Assembly: GCA_011109175.1 (NCBI GenBank)
Contig: RDEW01000048.1
Span: forward strand, 209,445-273,444
Direction: 5' to 3'
Source of the DNA: Dicyema japonicum
Taxonomy: Eukaryota > Animalia > Dicyemida
Length of the DNA: 64,000 bases
Part shown: positions 1 through 13,574 of the stretch, one piece after another
Layout: each line of letters begins with the position of its first letter
How positions within the stretch are numbered: position 1 is the first letter of the stretch
The notes under the pieces: model-generated
Databases searched by the model: none
What the model saw: the letters and a program-made list of their open reading frames with translations, nothing else
What the model was told of the DNA's origin: nothing
Translations under genes and position numbers: made by a program

Positions 1-149
1 ATCTGTATTTCAAAAATCCCCCCAAAGAAAATAAAAATCTCCCTCGTTGAAAAACACTGATTTATACAACTCCGACAAGTAATTGGAATTCGTTGGAAAA
101 AATAAATTACCAATTCAAAACTATAAATTACCAAAAAAATCTGATATCA

Positions 150-330
150 AAGTGGCAAGATGGACATTATTTAGTCACATTCTACGGTTGGACGTTGATG
201 GTTCTGAAAATGATGTCATTTATGCGTACTTCAATTTCTATAGAATCGATGGCTTCAGTGGAAGACCGACAACTACCTTACCCATAGTTCCGAGTAAGGA
301 GAATACGAAGTGGCTCTTAGTCTGAAAACG
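150..330 (+). mobile_element. Degenerate RTE LINE 3' fragment
   Basis: RWTLFSHILRL...GRPTTTLPIV matches the RWKLFGHVLR...GRPRTTLPIV C-terminus of the RTE copies at 20800-25240. Confidence 0.65.
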
Positions 331-1229
331 ATCTAGACATACTAAAATCCAAGCAAAAAACAAAAACACTGGTTATTATTTCCTCCGGAGTATTGGGTCA
401 ATAAACTCTAATTAATTATAGTTTTTTCCACGTGCTATTAATAATAATAAAAGTATTCGAGAATTCCCAACTGAGAGCAAAAATGTTTTGTTCGAGTCAC
501 TTTGAGCTATCGAACAGCATTTTTGTTATTTTATTCAATTAAAATTTTAAGAAATGGTGAAAATAGTCTTCTGAATGTAAATTCAAACTGAAGAGGTCGA
601 TAGAGCAGTCAAAGATTTAATACATTGGATTATTCATCCAAGTTCGTGATATTTATCACTCAAAAAGTGCTCAAATCGACATTTTCTCTATATTATTTAC
701 TATTGGATGAAACATGTTGACATTTGTACTTCATTTACTAAACGACAATGTTTCATTATTATATCCCCGAGGAATGCATAAAGACTTGCATATCAAGTAG
801 ATTAATCAATGAAAGATTGTCTAAAGAATTCACTGAACGTCCTGAGCTGAGAAAATAATCGAAGACTTGAATCCATGGGACAGTAAGGATAATTGTGTTC
901 TTGCCAAAAAGAATATGTTGAAAAAAAACCTCAATAAACAGTAAACCCTCAATAATCCGAACAAAAAATTGGGTGCTTTCGGATTGTGAAGGTTTAATTC
1001 TCAACTTACAATTAAAAAATTTACAAATTAAAAAAATTTCCATATTAATGAAGAGCTGATTTAGAGAAACAGGCGGAATTCGAAAAATTGTCCATAGGGA
1101 ATGCTAAATATTCTTTATATTGCCAAAAAGTTAGGCAAACTGAATCCGTAGTACAATTTCAATAAACATAGAGTGTACTATACATAAATTTGAAAAGTAC
1201 CTTCGGCGCATTTTTCTTTCTGTAACAAC

Positions 1230-1800
1230 GCAATATCCCTAAGCGTGTATGGATATCCTTTTACCATACGATGGATAGCGCTTACATATATAGCCATTCC
1301 AGAGGAGGCCGCCTACCTTCTCCCCTGTAGTACCTTCTCCGTAGTTTTTTGATACAGGGGCATCTTGAATGCCTCGCCCTGTGTCCTTCCTCGCCACAGT
1401 TAAAGCACTTAAAAGACCTGACCTTTGATTGGCAGGCCTTCCGCTAATTTGGACCCCCGCAATTCTCTTTATAAGTGCATCGAGCTGGTGTGGCAAAATC
1501 CTTGGCAGCTATAGCACTGGATTGTTGTTGTTCGCTCTAGGGCCACATCGAACCTAGTAACCAATGCGTACTTTCTCGAGGCAGATTCTCTCTGCCTCTG
1601 CTCCAGAGCGAAGCCAGACCTTCATGGTCCGGAGTCTACTCCCCCCGCTTGTGGAGTCCTTTTTGATGTGTTCGACTACATTATCATTTACGAAGTCCAG
1701 AGGGACTCCGAAGACTAGAACTTTTGAATCCGAAGCCTTAGGAATGATCTGTGATATGCTATGTGCCCCGGGCACATAAGGTACCTTAGTATTGACCTCA
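1230..1800 (-). mobile_element. LINE ORF1 (gag-like, CCHC zinc knuckles) remnant, Jockey/I-like
   Basis: Frameshifted QCYSCQGFCH...KCFNCGEEGHRARHSRCP downstream of MKVWLRSGAEAERICLEKVRIG, the typical LINE ORF1 layout. Confidence 0.7.
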
Positions 1801-2254
1801 GCTGAAGCGTCATCCTAATTCCTGAATCCTAGCAACAAATGGGATCTTCCACATTTGATAACTCTTCCTTTGGCATAGGTAGCCAGAGTACATATGCCAC
1901 ACAGGAGCTTAACGACTCCCACCTTCGGCACCTCTAACCAACTAGTTTAGTCAATCCCACTCCAACCAAATTTCAACTTTTCTGTCTTTCCTTTAAGGAA
2001 AAGTCTAAATTAAATCAGAATTAAACTTATCGTTTCTAAACGAAAAATGTGAGGCCTTTTCTCGTACTCTCCGTTTCATTTGAGTACTTATATTTTCAGG
2101 ATCGATTCCACATAAGATCTGTTTAATTTTTTCATATTCGACAAGATATCTGATATACCCCCTAAATTGAGACATAAAAAATCACTAACGCCATGCTGTT
2201 AAAATTAAAAGAAATCAGGTTAGCCATTTAATAATTTATTTTTTTTATTTTATT

Positions 2255-2567
2255 AACCCCCGACACCTAGAAAGAAGTTAAATTAAACAACTAATTAAGT
2301 ATATTCAGTTTCCACTTCTACAGAAAGAGTCCATCCGGAATCAACATTAAGGGTAAAAGACGTCCATACTTGCAGTTGTGGAAACCCCTCCAGTAGAGTG
2401 GGGGAGAGCAAATGATCCTTTTTCGCGCCGGCCAAGCACTGGGCGCCACCTGGACAGGTGGATCACATGACGTCACTCTAATAGAAAGAGAGGGGAGAAA
2501 CAGACAAACAAACATAAAACTTAAACCAATTAGCCACGCAGCACCACATGGCGCAGCGTAAGCCATT
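2255..2567 (-). mobile_element. SINE-like family 2, longest copy
   Basis: Shares aaaaggatcatttgctctccc...actgcaagtatggacgtc...cttaattagttgttt...aacttctttct with 4915-5098 and 42090-42500; A-rich tail; no ORF. Confidence 0.7.
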
Positions 2568-4109
2568 TAATAGATACAGTTTGAATTAATTTTTTATTTA
2601 GAATTAACGAATTAGTTAAATGTTGTTCTTATAATAGTTACACGAAAGTCATATTATGTAGTATATCTCTGGTTACCATAGAAACACGTAAAAAACAGGT
2701 TGCCCATGTGACACATTATTAGAATTAAAAAATGTAGCAAAATATTTAAATTATCTTAACAAAAAAGTGACAATTTCGTTCTCGTCGAGCATTTCTGTTT
2801 GAGTTATTTCTTTCTCATTGGCAAGTTCTTTCAGATCTTTTTGGTACATATCCAAAGAAGGATCTTGCATAATATCTTCATTAGCAAACGAATCCCTGTC
2901 TTTCTAAAACAATTTTTATTGTGTCTTTGTTTACTTTATTCTACGCGTGAGATACCATAGTAATAGCCCTACGTAAGTTCACAAAAATTTTTTTCCAAAT
3001 CAAAGGCATATAATCCAAAATAAGCAATAATGCTTAAAGTTCTTGATTATGCCTGCATTCATTGGTTGAAAATGAAGAGTTGTGTTAATTCATCACTAAG
3101 ATGACTGATGAAAACTTTAAAAAGTTCTGTTTTCATCCAAGCCCTTTAATTTGCATAGTACAATTTTTTTAAACAAAAAGTTTAATTTTTATTGTTCCAG
3201 TGAGCACAAAGAGCTATAGTAATCCCCACTTTTGATTTCTTTATGCCTTTTCTATCTTTGGATGAAAATTGTTCTAGAAGGGAAAGATTGGAAAGAGTCC
3301 AGTATCATCCATGTTTAGCAATACCACAGGGTCACCTTCTTTTAACTTGATCATATTTTGTCTTTTCAAATTAACTTCATCTTGTGTGTTAAGCTGTTAG
3401 CTTCTTTAAGAACTTTTAGTTTAATATTAAATCTTCCTTTAAATCAATGTAGCGTTTACTAAATTGAAGATCATTGATTCCAAGTATTCACCAAATACTT
3501 TAGCGTTTGAAATGATGACATCTTCACTAATAAAACCATTGATTGCATCCATTATTGAAATTCTTATTGGTCCACCCGTGAAGATTGATGAGAAGAGCTG
3601 TTCAAGATTCTCGACCCGCCGGACTAGTCCTCTCCCTTGTCGGTCAGGGATCAGTTAGTTGAGAGCTTTTATTTCTTTCTCTTTGAGTCTGATCCTGGGA
3701 AGTAATGACAATAATCGTCGAAATCCATTCAAAAGTGAATTATCAAGTTGATGATGTTTACCACTGTCTTGACTTGTTAATCATAGTTTCACAGTTTTCC
3801 CATTTTCACAATTTTTAAGAATTTCTTAAAGTGTTAAAATTCCCAAAAAGGTACATTTTTATTTCACAGATATGGGATAATTCTCTGAGAGTCATTTTTG
3901 ATGTATTTTTATTTTACAAATCTTTCTTTTCTGTGCAATAGAAATTTCGGTCATCTTTCTAACCATGTGTACTGTGAGATTTTAAATTTAAAATGTAAAT
4001 TAATTTAAATGTACAATAAAAAATAAATTAATCCAAATTTTTAATAAATATCTTTCGGATTGCGGATAATGAAGTTTCAGTTTAATTATCCGCAATAAAT
4101 AAAGTAGAA

Positions 4110-4450
4110 TCAGCTTAGAAGTACTGAAATCCCGATGGAAGCTCTTCGGACACGTGCTGAGGATGGAATTAACATCCCCACCTAATATATCTATGGAAAC
4201 ATACTATGTTAGCCAAGAAGGCCGCTATCGTGGAAGACCAAGAACAACACTGCCAATAGTCTTACAAAAAGACCTGGTCAATATCAAAAAAATCTAATAA
4301 ATGCCGACGACCTGGACAACATGAGAGCCTTGGCTAGGAACAGGGGAGCATGGAAAAGGATGACATCTAGCCTTGTTTCTTTTGCTGCACATGCGGGGCT
4401 ATAATTAGTATGGCTCTCGTGAAGTGCTTAAATAATAATAAATAAATAAA
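4110..4450 (+). mobile_element. RTE LINE, 5'-truncated, with 3' UTR and (TAA)n tail
   Basis: Near-identical to the reverse complement of the 3' ends at 20800-21130 and 24296-24630. Confidence 0.9.
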
Positions 4451-4680
4451 CTGGTTTGACGAGTGACGCCGTCAACAGTGGATACTCACTGCGGAACTGG
4501 ATTGTCTAGAAAAGACCCACACACAAGAAAAAGAAAAAAAGAAGTGAAGATCATTCCTTGGTTCTACGATTAGTTAAAATTAACTGTTCTTTACTTAAAT
4601 AAAGTGTGTGTCCTGCCAATGCGGAGCTATAAATATTATGGCTCTCGTGAAAAGGCCGTTAAAAATAAATAAATAAAATG
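4451..4680 (+). mobile_element. SINE family 1, 5'-truncated
   Basis: gtttgacgagtgacgccgtc...cactgcggaactggattgtct...tatggctctcgtgaaaaggc, as in the full copy at 40275-40573. Confidence 0.9.
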
Positions 4681-4914
4681 TGTGTTCTGCCTAAGGGGAG
4701 CGATAGCTGATATGGCTCTTCGGAAAGTACATTTGAAAAAATGAAGTTTCAGTTTATTAAAGCCTGTTTGCATGGAATCTTGTTTTGCTGACTCATCAAA
4801 AAATTCGGATTGTTAAAGTTTTCGGATTAAAGTTCGGATTAAAGTTCGGATTAATTGGGTTTTACTGTACTTGTATTTTTCAGACTTTGCATTTTTTCAT
4901 TCAACCACTTGATC

Positions 4915-5098
4915 AAAAAAGGATCATTTGCTCTCCCCACTTCACTGAAGGGGTTTCCAAAACTGCAAGTATGGACGTCTTTACCCTTTATGTTGATTCC
5001 GGGTAGACTTTGCTTCTGTACAAGTGGAAACTGGATGCACTTAATTAGTTGTTTACTTTAACTTCTTTCTCGGTGTATCCTGGGTTAATAAATTAATT
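4915..5098 (+). mobile_element. SINE-like family 2, 5'-truncated
   Basis: Homologous to the reverse complement of 2255-2420. Confidence 0.75.
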
Positions 5099-5943
5099 GA
5101 TCAAATCAACGGATCCTACATCCCTTTTCAACCCCAAATTTTTATTGAGGTTCTACTTTATGAAAAAATAAATGTAATAGTGCAGTTAGGTATTCAAAGT
5201 GCATTGTAACGGATTCAAATTGCTAGCATGCAGAAAACCGCAGATAAAAACATATTAAAATTCCAGTTTTCTTAATACACGATTTGAGAAAATGTCATAT
5301 CCCCTTGAAGAAATAAAGAAATTCAGTCTACTAGAGCTCAACCTCCTAATAATTAACCACTAGATTAACAGGTTTCTACCGTAGCCGTTTGGAAATTGCT
5401 CTCTTATGAAGTTAACTCACTATAGCTTTATTCCCTTGCTCCTGTGTCGCCTTTTTTTAAAATTAAAATGAGCTTTCTCTTGGGAGTTCCAGTTGATTAG
5501 AAGCAGAGATGAATTTATTCTTTATGTCTACCTCAATCAGAAATTCTCGTGAGATTTCATTAATATTGAAATTCACGTGATCGACATCGAATCAAAATTC
5601 GATAGGTTTTTGATTAAAATTTAGATAATTTTTTTGTCAATTTTGATTTATTAATTAAATTAGTGGTTAAGAAATCATAGGTGAAATTAATTCGATAAAA
5701 TTGTGGGAATTGAATTGCAACGATCAATAATTTGTAGATTTGTAGATTATTTACAAAAGGTTCAAATTCAATTAATTTATCTCTATGCCCACCTAAATAT
5801 GGATATTTTTATTTAATTATATTTTAAATTATTTGATTAAATATTTTAATAAAATAAAATTGCATAATATTGTTTAGATAAGTTTTTCTTAGTTGCTGGT
5901 TTTGGTTTTTCTAATTTTCTAGAAATCGGTTGTAAATACAACG

Positions 5944-7662
5944 ATGGAACTGGGAGTTACACGAAGCCTATCTGGGAGTTCACTTTCCTTAGAAAAACTT
6001 AAAATCGCTCCACTACCATCGGTATTCTGTTCAATTACCTTAGAACCTTGACTTTGCAATGAAGAGGTCAGTGGAAAAGGCTAAGTCGATTTGTACCAAC
6101 CCCACCGAGTCTGTCGGATCGATTGATCTGTCGGTAAGATCAAAGAGCAAATCAGGAGAAAATAAAGCCGATAGTGTTACTTCGATTCCTTCAACCATTG
6201 ACGGATCATTGAAGGTGTCAGTTCACTCAAAAAAATCCAATGGAGTGAAAGGAACATATGCTGATGAAGAATACTTCAAGGTGAATCAATCAGAATCCTG
6301 CGATTCCAGATGTTCCCACGTAACTGGTGGTTCTGTTAGGTCTATTCGGACCGAGAAATCTAAATCTCAAAGCCAACAAGGCTCTATAAAGTCTAATTGC
6401 GCAGAAACTGGTAAATCGAAATATTCGAGTACTGAGAACTCCTCAATTTCAAACTTCTCGAGAAACTCAAAGCCTAGAAAGTCAAGTTATAATGGTTCCA
6501 TCAAGTCAAACTGTGAGAAAACCATGAATTGTGAATCTGCCAGTTTCAAAGGCTCAATGAAGGAGAAATCCATACAAAATGGGAGAACATCTAAAAATAG
6601 CCGTAATGGCTCAGTGAAGGAGAAAAACGCCCAAAATGACAGAACGCCTAAAAATAGCTATGATGGTTCAGGAACGCCGAGCGTGCAGGAATCAGTTAGA
6701 TCAAAATGTGCCGAAAGCACAAAAACTGATAGAACTATAAATTCAAGAGCAGGCAGTATTAAATCAGAGAAATCCACCTCCAAGCACTCAAAGTCGTCGA
6801 GTACCGTCAAATCAAATTGTTCAAAGTACCTTGAAACTAATCTCTTAGTTCCAATAAAAACGGTGATGTGAGATCAAAGAGAATGCCGTCATCGAATAAT
6901 GGATCAGTCAAGTGTTTGGAGGAGGCTCATCTTGGCAGAATGAGATCTAACAGTTTGAAATACCCAGGGTATGAAATTATGTAACGTTCAGAACCACTGC
7001 TTCTGTGACTTCTTGCTGGGATGCTATGATTTCTCCGACATTGACTCTGCCTCGCATTTCAACCCCAAAAGTCCGATCATTGTGAAACGAACTAAAGAGA
7101 GTGACTGTGTGAGCTATAAAAGCGGCAGCACAATTACCAACAGTAAACTAGGAAGCCGCTCATTCATCAATATAGACTCGAATTCAGTCATCAAGTCACC
7201 AGATATTGCTTCAATTGATAAGAAAAACATGCATTCATTGTCACGGAATCTATCTCTGTTTGACTCATTTCTTAACGTAGAATGAGCACTACGTCTTCGA
7301 TATTGTCAACTATTGAGAGTGAAGTGTCGATTCCTCACTACTGTCCTCAGAGGTGTCAAATGCCTAACTGGGGGGAAATTCCCAAAGAACAGCTGACAGG
7401 TGCTGACTATCAACGCTGTTGCATTTGCAGTGAATCGTATCAAGTTGCTTTTTACTTTAGATTCGACAGAACTATAAAGACCCCTTTACGATTATATTGC
7501 CACCATAATGCTTGTTGTAAGTGTGTGATTGATCAGATGGCATCTTCTTTTTGGCTTATTAGATGCAAAATATGCACAAGGAATACCGAGTTACCAGCAG
7601 CCTACAGAATGCAGTATCTGAGGACCAACGTTGAGCTGATGGATGAATTAGATAAGCAATAG
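5944..7662 (+). CDS. Ser/Lys-rich low-complexity protein with C-terminal RING-HC (C3HC4) finger; probable E3 ligase
   Basis: 22-24 nt GT-AG introns join the track ORFs in frame (gtattctgttcaattaccttag, gtaccttgaaactaatctcttag, gtttgactcatttcttaacgtag, gtatcaagttgctttttactttag). Spliced RING: CCICSESFDRTIKTPLRLYCHHNACCKC...CKIC. One junction near 7000-7100 is unresolved. Confidence 0.75.
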
Positions 7663-8476
7663 AATTTATTTTATCATTAATCTAATTAGTCTTATTTTTG
7701 AGATACATTCACTGAATTCATAAATTTAATCAATTTTTATGAAATTTGCGCGCACCATTGTGCATTTGTGTGTTATAATTGAATGGAAACACTTAAACAT
7801 GTGGCTGTGAATAGAAGGATTTTTACTAAATTTCATAAGCGATAATACTGTCAATTTTAATTCTTTAATCAGTGATATTAGTATTTTTGAGCTGTTTATG
7901 TCAGATTTTTTAGTTTCAGTTTTATTATCATTACAGCATAGGTCAACTATCTATCGTACAATACGTGCAGCTTATGACGGGTAATCCGCCAAGTTTTCAA
8001 TTTTTGGTGGACGAGAATTGAGTCCGGATTTTGGATTTATCTGACACTTCCTTTGCTCAGAACTCGGTTTCGAATGTCTCCTGAATAAATCACCATGTTT
8101 ATGCTCACATGGACTTTTATTTATCATGAAATTAATTAAGCAAAAAATACACCAGTTCAGCCTTTCGATCAATGGCTAGCTGGTTTTATTCAAACATTTT
8201 AAAATCATTGATTCTGATAAGAAAGAGATTAGGCGAGATTAAAATAATTTTCATCAAGTAATACTAAAGTGATAATTTAGCTATTTGAGGATATACTATA
8301 CCAAAATATTGATTATGACTTTTTTTCAAAAAGGACGTAGATATTTGTCTTCAATTAAAGTCATGGTTTCTCCAAAATAACGTACCCTTTATTCTCAGGA
8401 ATGAAAGAGATTAAAATGATTACCTTTCAATATTGGTGCATCTTACTATCTTTGAACTTAAATAACTGTCGACAAA

Positions 8477-8755
8477 CATCCAGCCTTAGATAACTGAATT
8501 TTCTAAGCATCCACGCTCGAGTGATACTGGACCATCCAGTCTTAGATAACTGAACTTTCTAGCATCCATGCTTGAGTGATACTGGACCATCCAGTCTTAG
8601 ATAACTGAATTTTCTAAGCATCCACGCTCGAGTGATACTGGACCATCCAGTCTTAGATAACTGAATTTTCTAAGCATCCACGCTCGAGTGATACTGGACC
8701 ATCCAGTCTTAGATAACTGAACTTTCTAAGCATCTATGCTGGAATGATACTGGAC
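8477..8755. repeat. 56-bp minisatellite, 5 copies
   Basis: Unit catccagtcttagataactgaattttctaagcatccacgctcgagtgatactggac. Confidence 0.97.
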
Positions 8756-8849
8756 AACTTGATGTACTGTGTAATTTATTTTTTAGCTAAACAAAAATTT
8801 ATTTATGAAACACGAACACATAACTCACTATGATTAATTAAGTTAAAAA

Positions 8850-9230
8850 ACCAACACCACATGGCTATTCCCTTTCATAATAGCGAACGAAACTCGCCCA
8901 AATTGAAGATCACAGAAATCTGACCATCCAAGTCGATTCAGAAAATCCACTGTCAAGGGTCCCATAGCATCGGAAGTTTCCACAGCGAATGGAATAAACT
9001 GCATTCCATCTGGTAAGTCAGCATACTTCTACTTTCATTGCCTCTGAGCAGGCTCTATAGATACTCTGGAGTTGGTTATTAGGAGCGAATGTGGCGGCGC
9101 AAGTGAAGTCCAGACAATAAGTTTCCCAGCTTCAAAGGGAAAGATGGTCATCTCATCCGGTCGTCTTCATCACTTCCGCATAGGCCGACTGCTTCGAGTA
9201 TGTAATCATTTGACTCACTACAAGTTAGAA
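8850..9230 (-). mobile_element. CRE-like (RLE) non-LTR retrotransposon 3' fragment
   Basis: RRPDEMTIFPFEAGKLIVW ... SFAIMKGNSH matches the RLE domain at 30623-31150. Confidence 0.8.
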
Positions 9231-10169
9231 GACAGTTAACTTCAATCACTGCCGACTTCTACAAAAAAGATTCAATTTCTTAAAAAAATTATGCATTCCA
9301 CATTAATGTTTCGGGAAATGCATTGTTTCTATCTTTTGCGTTGATATATTGATTTTTGAGCCTACCATTGAACACGTTGCATTTAATAAGCTGAGAATCA
9401 AGCTGTTTGAAATTGAAATTTATTTCCAAAGACCACAGTTAAAAACAAAAACAAGAAATTATGTGATCCCGGCGAATTTCAATAAGGCTCTCAGCTTGGC
9501 CCTGTGGTCTTCCCTCGATCCAACACTAGCACGCAGTGGACGAGTTTAAAATTAGGAATTATCATCTTGGAATTTATTCATTGTGACCGCCCTTAGATTT
9601 ATTGTCAGTTAATTTCCGATAGTTTCTAAATCGAAGGGGATTTATATTACCTTTGAGTATGTCAACGGACATAAAGTGAGTAAAAGAGACAAAGTTCGAA
9701 AACTATAGAGGCAACCAAAATCCAACCGGTCGTATTGAAAATTTTCTTTAAAGTGCGTTAGTCGGAAATAAGCAAAGAATGAAGGTTTCTGATGAGGAGT
9801 TTATCCTTGTTCATAAAAACTTGTGGATCTGGTTACTACAAAGAAATCCCATTGGATGCCAGAAGAACGAAAGCTGATTCGTACAAAAAATAGCGATGAG
9901 TTGACATTTATCCTCCAAGTGGATGCTCTTAAAATATCAAAGCAGATTGTCTAATTTATGATTCGATTATAAACGCCAGTTAGCTGAGTGGTTAATTTGT
10001 CAGAAAGTTGGGGTGATGACGCACCTTTATTGCAAGGAATGTCTACTCAGTTGCATGATGAATGAAAGCCATTGCCTACCTTCTTGTGAAATAACTCACT
10101 CGGAAGACATCTCTAATCGAAATACTTTACATAAGAAGTATCGGATGCAACCAGGATCCGGGTTCGAAT

Positions 10170-10450
10170 ATTAGCTATAGCCGCGCTCAGGCAGAACACA
10201 CTTAATTTAAGTAAAGAACAGTAATGAAAACTCTTAGAGGGAGAACCAAGGAATGCTCTTCACCTCTTTTTCTTTTCGTTGCATGTATGTCCTTTATAGA
10301 CGATCCGGTTCCACAGTGAAATGTTCACTGATTACGGCGTCACTCGTCAAGCCAAAGCATCGCAGATGCGTGGAACCTCCAACCAAAACGCTGCAGCAAG
10401 ATTCGAACTATCGCCCATCAGGCCTCTTGCCCAGCAATGCAATAATTAAG
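10170..10450 (-). mobile_element. SINE family 1 copy
   Basis: Reverse complement of the family 1 body, including the B-box gttcgaatc. Confidence 0.85.
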
Positions 10451-10819
10451 CAATGATTACATAAACAGTAAATATAAAAGCACAGTAACCAAATATTAAT
10501 CAGCTTTATCCTCCTCGACTCAACTTTAATAATTACTTCAAAGACGTGCTTCTCAATGTTCTGTTTGTAATCAAATACTTTATAGTGACATAAGGGTGTA
10601 CTAGTAAGGATAACGTAACATTGGGAGTACAACCCAAATCATTAAAGAACCCATAAAACATTATAGCTACAGAAAATTGTTTACTAAACTCCACAAAGGC
10701 TACAATAATAAAAAAACAATCAACCCTTATTACATCATTGAACAATTCTCTCACTAATTTCGCATATTTCACCTAACTCTTCCCCCTTCACTCATTGCCT
10801 TCTCGTTTACTTCTCCCAT

Positions 10820-11170
10820 TATCTCATTTCTGAAGCTTTTTCACTACTATACATTCCTTTCACAATCCCCTTAACGTGCAGATTATGAATAGCCGCATTC
10901 TTCACAGCAGAAGCCCACGTGTTACTCCCTACGGGAGTCTTCTCATTAAAGAATAATTGATCTCTAGTTTTGTATACACTTAATGTTGAAAAGTGAATGG
11001 TAGATGTTAATTGGAGTGCCACCCCTGATATATTGCCATTTATCGAGAATGATGATATATCCTTTATAATGAACTTATTTTTGACATGATACAATTATAT
11101 TCTACTCACTACATTCACTATACTTTGTTCACCTGCACATTCTTTCCGTTAGAGTAGTACACTACCTCCT
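10820..11170 (-). mobile_element. LINE AP-endonuclease remnant
   Basis: YHVKNKFIIKDISSFSINGNISGVALQL...TLSVYKT resembles an APE domain. Confidence 0.45.
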
Positions 11171-12577
11171 TTTTGTACATTCTACTATTGATTACTCATT
11201 ACCACCTTGATAGAATATCCAATAATGAGCTAAGATAACTGTAATTCTTCATTCAGAGAAACACAACTTCAAAAAAACGAAAATCACACATAACCAACAA
11301 AACTTTTATATTTTATTTTATACATTTTAATTAACTATTTATAGATCGATAAATTAATTATAAATAAAAAATAAAGTTAGAGTTTTGGTTTGTGAATAAA
11401 TTTTGTAAAAAGAAAATGTTGGTTGAGTGGTTGAAAACTCTAATAATGTCACTGTCTTTATCGTGCTCCCAGTCTGTCTATTCTACCTTGTTCACAACTG
11501 CAACTTTTAACGTCAGAGGACAAGCTTCGAACACTAAATGAAAATATAGACAAAAAGATATGTTTTGGCCCTTAGAGGGGTTCAATATAGCTACTGCAGA
11601 TCTTTTTTTAACTAATTAACGATAGATATTTTGCCTGGGACGCCACCTGTGTGGATCCCTCCAAGCTTGTTATGGCAGCAACTAACCCAGGCTCTGTTTC
11701 GGTGAAGGCTGAGAACCTAAAGATGAAGAAATACGTATGTCTCGGTGGACAGTTTATTTTTTAACCAGTCGCCATGGAAACCTCAAGAATCATAGGTCAC
11801 TGGTCCTGCTAAAACAGAATCGGATCAATCATCGTGAAGAAGAAAAATTGATAGGAGAGAAAGGAGCTGGCTCATTGAGCGCATTTCCTTGAAAATTGTC
11901 AAGGGAAATTCTTTCTCAATTATGAGAGCAGCTAGTAGTTGTTAACTGTGTTTTTGCATTCTGATAATTGATTGACATTTTTTAGTGAAAAAAAACTAAC
12001 TAATTGAGAAAGACGTGCGGGAAGCGGTCTGACTGAGGAACGAATTGGGATTACAGTTGTCTGCGGAAACGCTTACTCCGTAATGTCAGCAGCTGCTCTT
12101 CCCCATAGTTAATTAAAAATATTTTATTTTTAAATAAAAAAGTAGTGATTATAATTAAAAAAAACTAATTAACTAGAAATAAAAATGGCTTGTGTTACTT
12201 TAAAGTCTACAACCTCAGCTGATAAGAGGCGATTTTATTGGACCTGAAATTTTTGGTCTTATCGGAGTATTCAACTAAACTAACATAAGGAAAATGGATT
12301 CGGACAATTCTTGATGATATCTTAGTCTTGCGATTATTGACCTGTAGAGTGAGGTCCTGCGTGGTAGGGATAGTGATTCGATGTTACGGCATCGAGACAC
12401 AGCATAGTTGACTGGGCATCAATGTTCTGAATCATGCGACCAATAGAGTGAGAAAATGTTTTGACGCCAACGGAAGTCTGATAAATGACTTACTCAACAA
12501 GTAGGCCATCTCGCTCTTTTCCACTCCATTGGAGGATTTCCATAATGGTGGATATGGATGAACGTAATGGTTTAAAG

Positions 12578-13574
12578 CAGGTATGTCGAACTCGAAAGGC
12601 TCCAAGGGCCGCATAAGATAGTTTGAGAATACAAACGGGCCGCACTAATAAATCCGAAAAACACCGTAATCTTGCTGAAGTGTATTTAATAATTTCCAAG
12701 TTTATTCAACGGCTATTTTACGCTAACACTCCACAACGTCAAATATAACAATTGTAATCATTTTGATTACTCTTTGGTTTGTTTTGTCCTGAGATTTGGT
12801 GCCTCTTTTTCATGACAATTGAAACACGCATTATTTCCGCGTTAGTTTTATAATGTCTTTTAAACTGTACTCTTTTGATGTGGCAATGCTGTTATTACGA
12901 AAATAAAAAACGTATCTTTGCATTGACCATTGTAAAAAATACTTTAGTTCACATTTTTCTTGAAATACTTGTCTTCTTCAAGTTTACTTTTCTTCTTAGC
13001 TGAAGATTCCATTCAAATAGGGTCAGTATGCACAGTGGTGTAGAAAGACAATATAGAGATTCCCGATCATTGCGTCATCATATTATTTAAAAGTAAAAAA
13101 ATTTTTGTTATTAGTGAAAAATCCCTTTATTTTTTTGATCGGAAAAGTGACGCTATTGGTCGGGAAATTCTATAATAACTGGGATGATTCCACAAGATAC
13201 AATTTATTATTATTTCAAAATTTGGTAAAAATTATCGCCAATAAATGGAACAATTTAAGTATCATGTTATAAACGTAAGCGTCTTTGCTCCGCCAAACAC
13301 GTGGAAACACTCACCTTGTAGGACAGTATCGTTGTTCTGGAAATGTTCGTATAAGGGCGAGCGTAAAGTTTAAGCGTATGGGCGTCTTCTGACCATGTAG
13401 AACGCTCATAACAGCGACCTGTCAATTTGACGTCATTGACAGAAATTCATTGCTTTTCTCTGGTGGTCTCATTTTAATAAAGGAAGAATAAACATCCATA
13501 TTATGTCGACTATATAACAATCCTTTATGCGGGCCGCAAGTCTGCTTGCAAAGAGCGAGTGTTCAGTATTCCTT
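12578..13574 (-). mobile_element. hAT (SPIN/Buster-like) internally deleted DNA transposon
   Basis: 8-bp TSD gtttaaag at 12570-12577 and 13575-13582; imperfect TIRs caggtatgtcgaac and its counterpart; subterminal gggccgca; decayed BED-finger (W)ELKYFFTMVNAKIR...SKEYSLKRHYKT at about 12830-12950. Confidence 0.8.

Larger units (their letters stand above)
2990..4867 (-). mobile_element. pogo/Tigger DNA transposon, decayed transposase at about 2990-3970, interrupted by retroelements
   Basis: HTH-psq-like MTEISIAQKRKICKIK...LRELSHI; DDE motifs NMDDTGLF and HFQPMNAGIIKNFKHY; terminus reads CAGTAAAACCCAATTAATCCG on the minus strand and is flanked by TA at 4868-4869. Confidence 0.75.

Noticed and set aside
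8477-8755. CRISPR array or tandem hammerhead ribozymes
   Set aside because: There are no unique spacers, the context is eukaryotic, and neither strand has a CUGANGA...GAAA core
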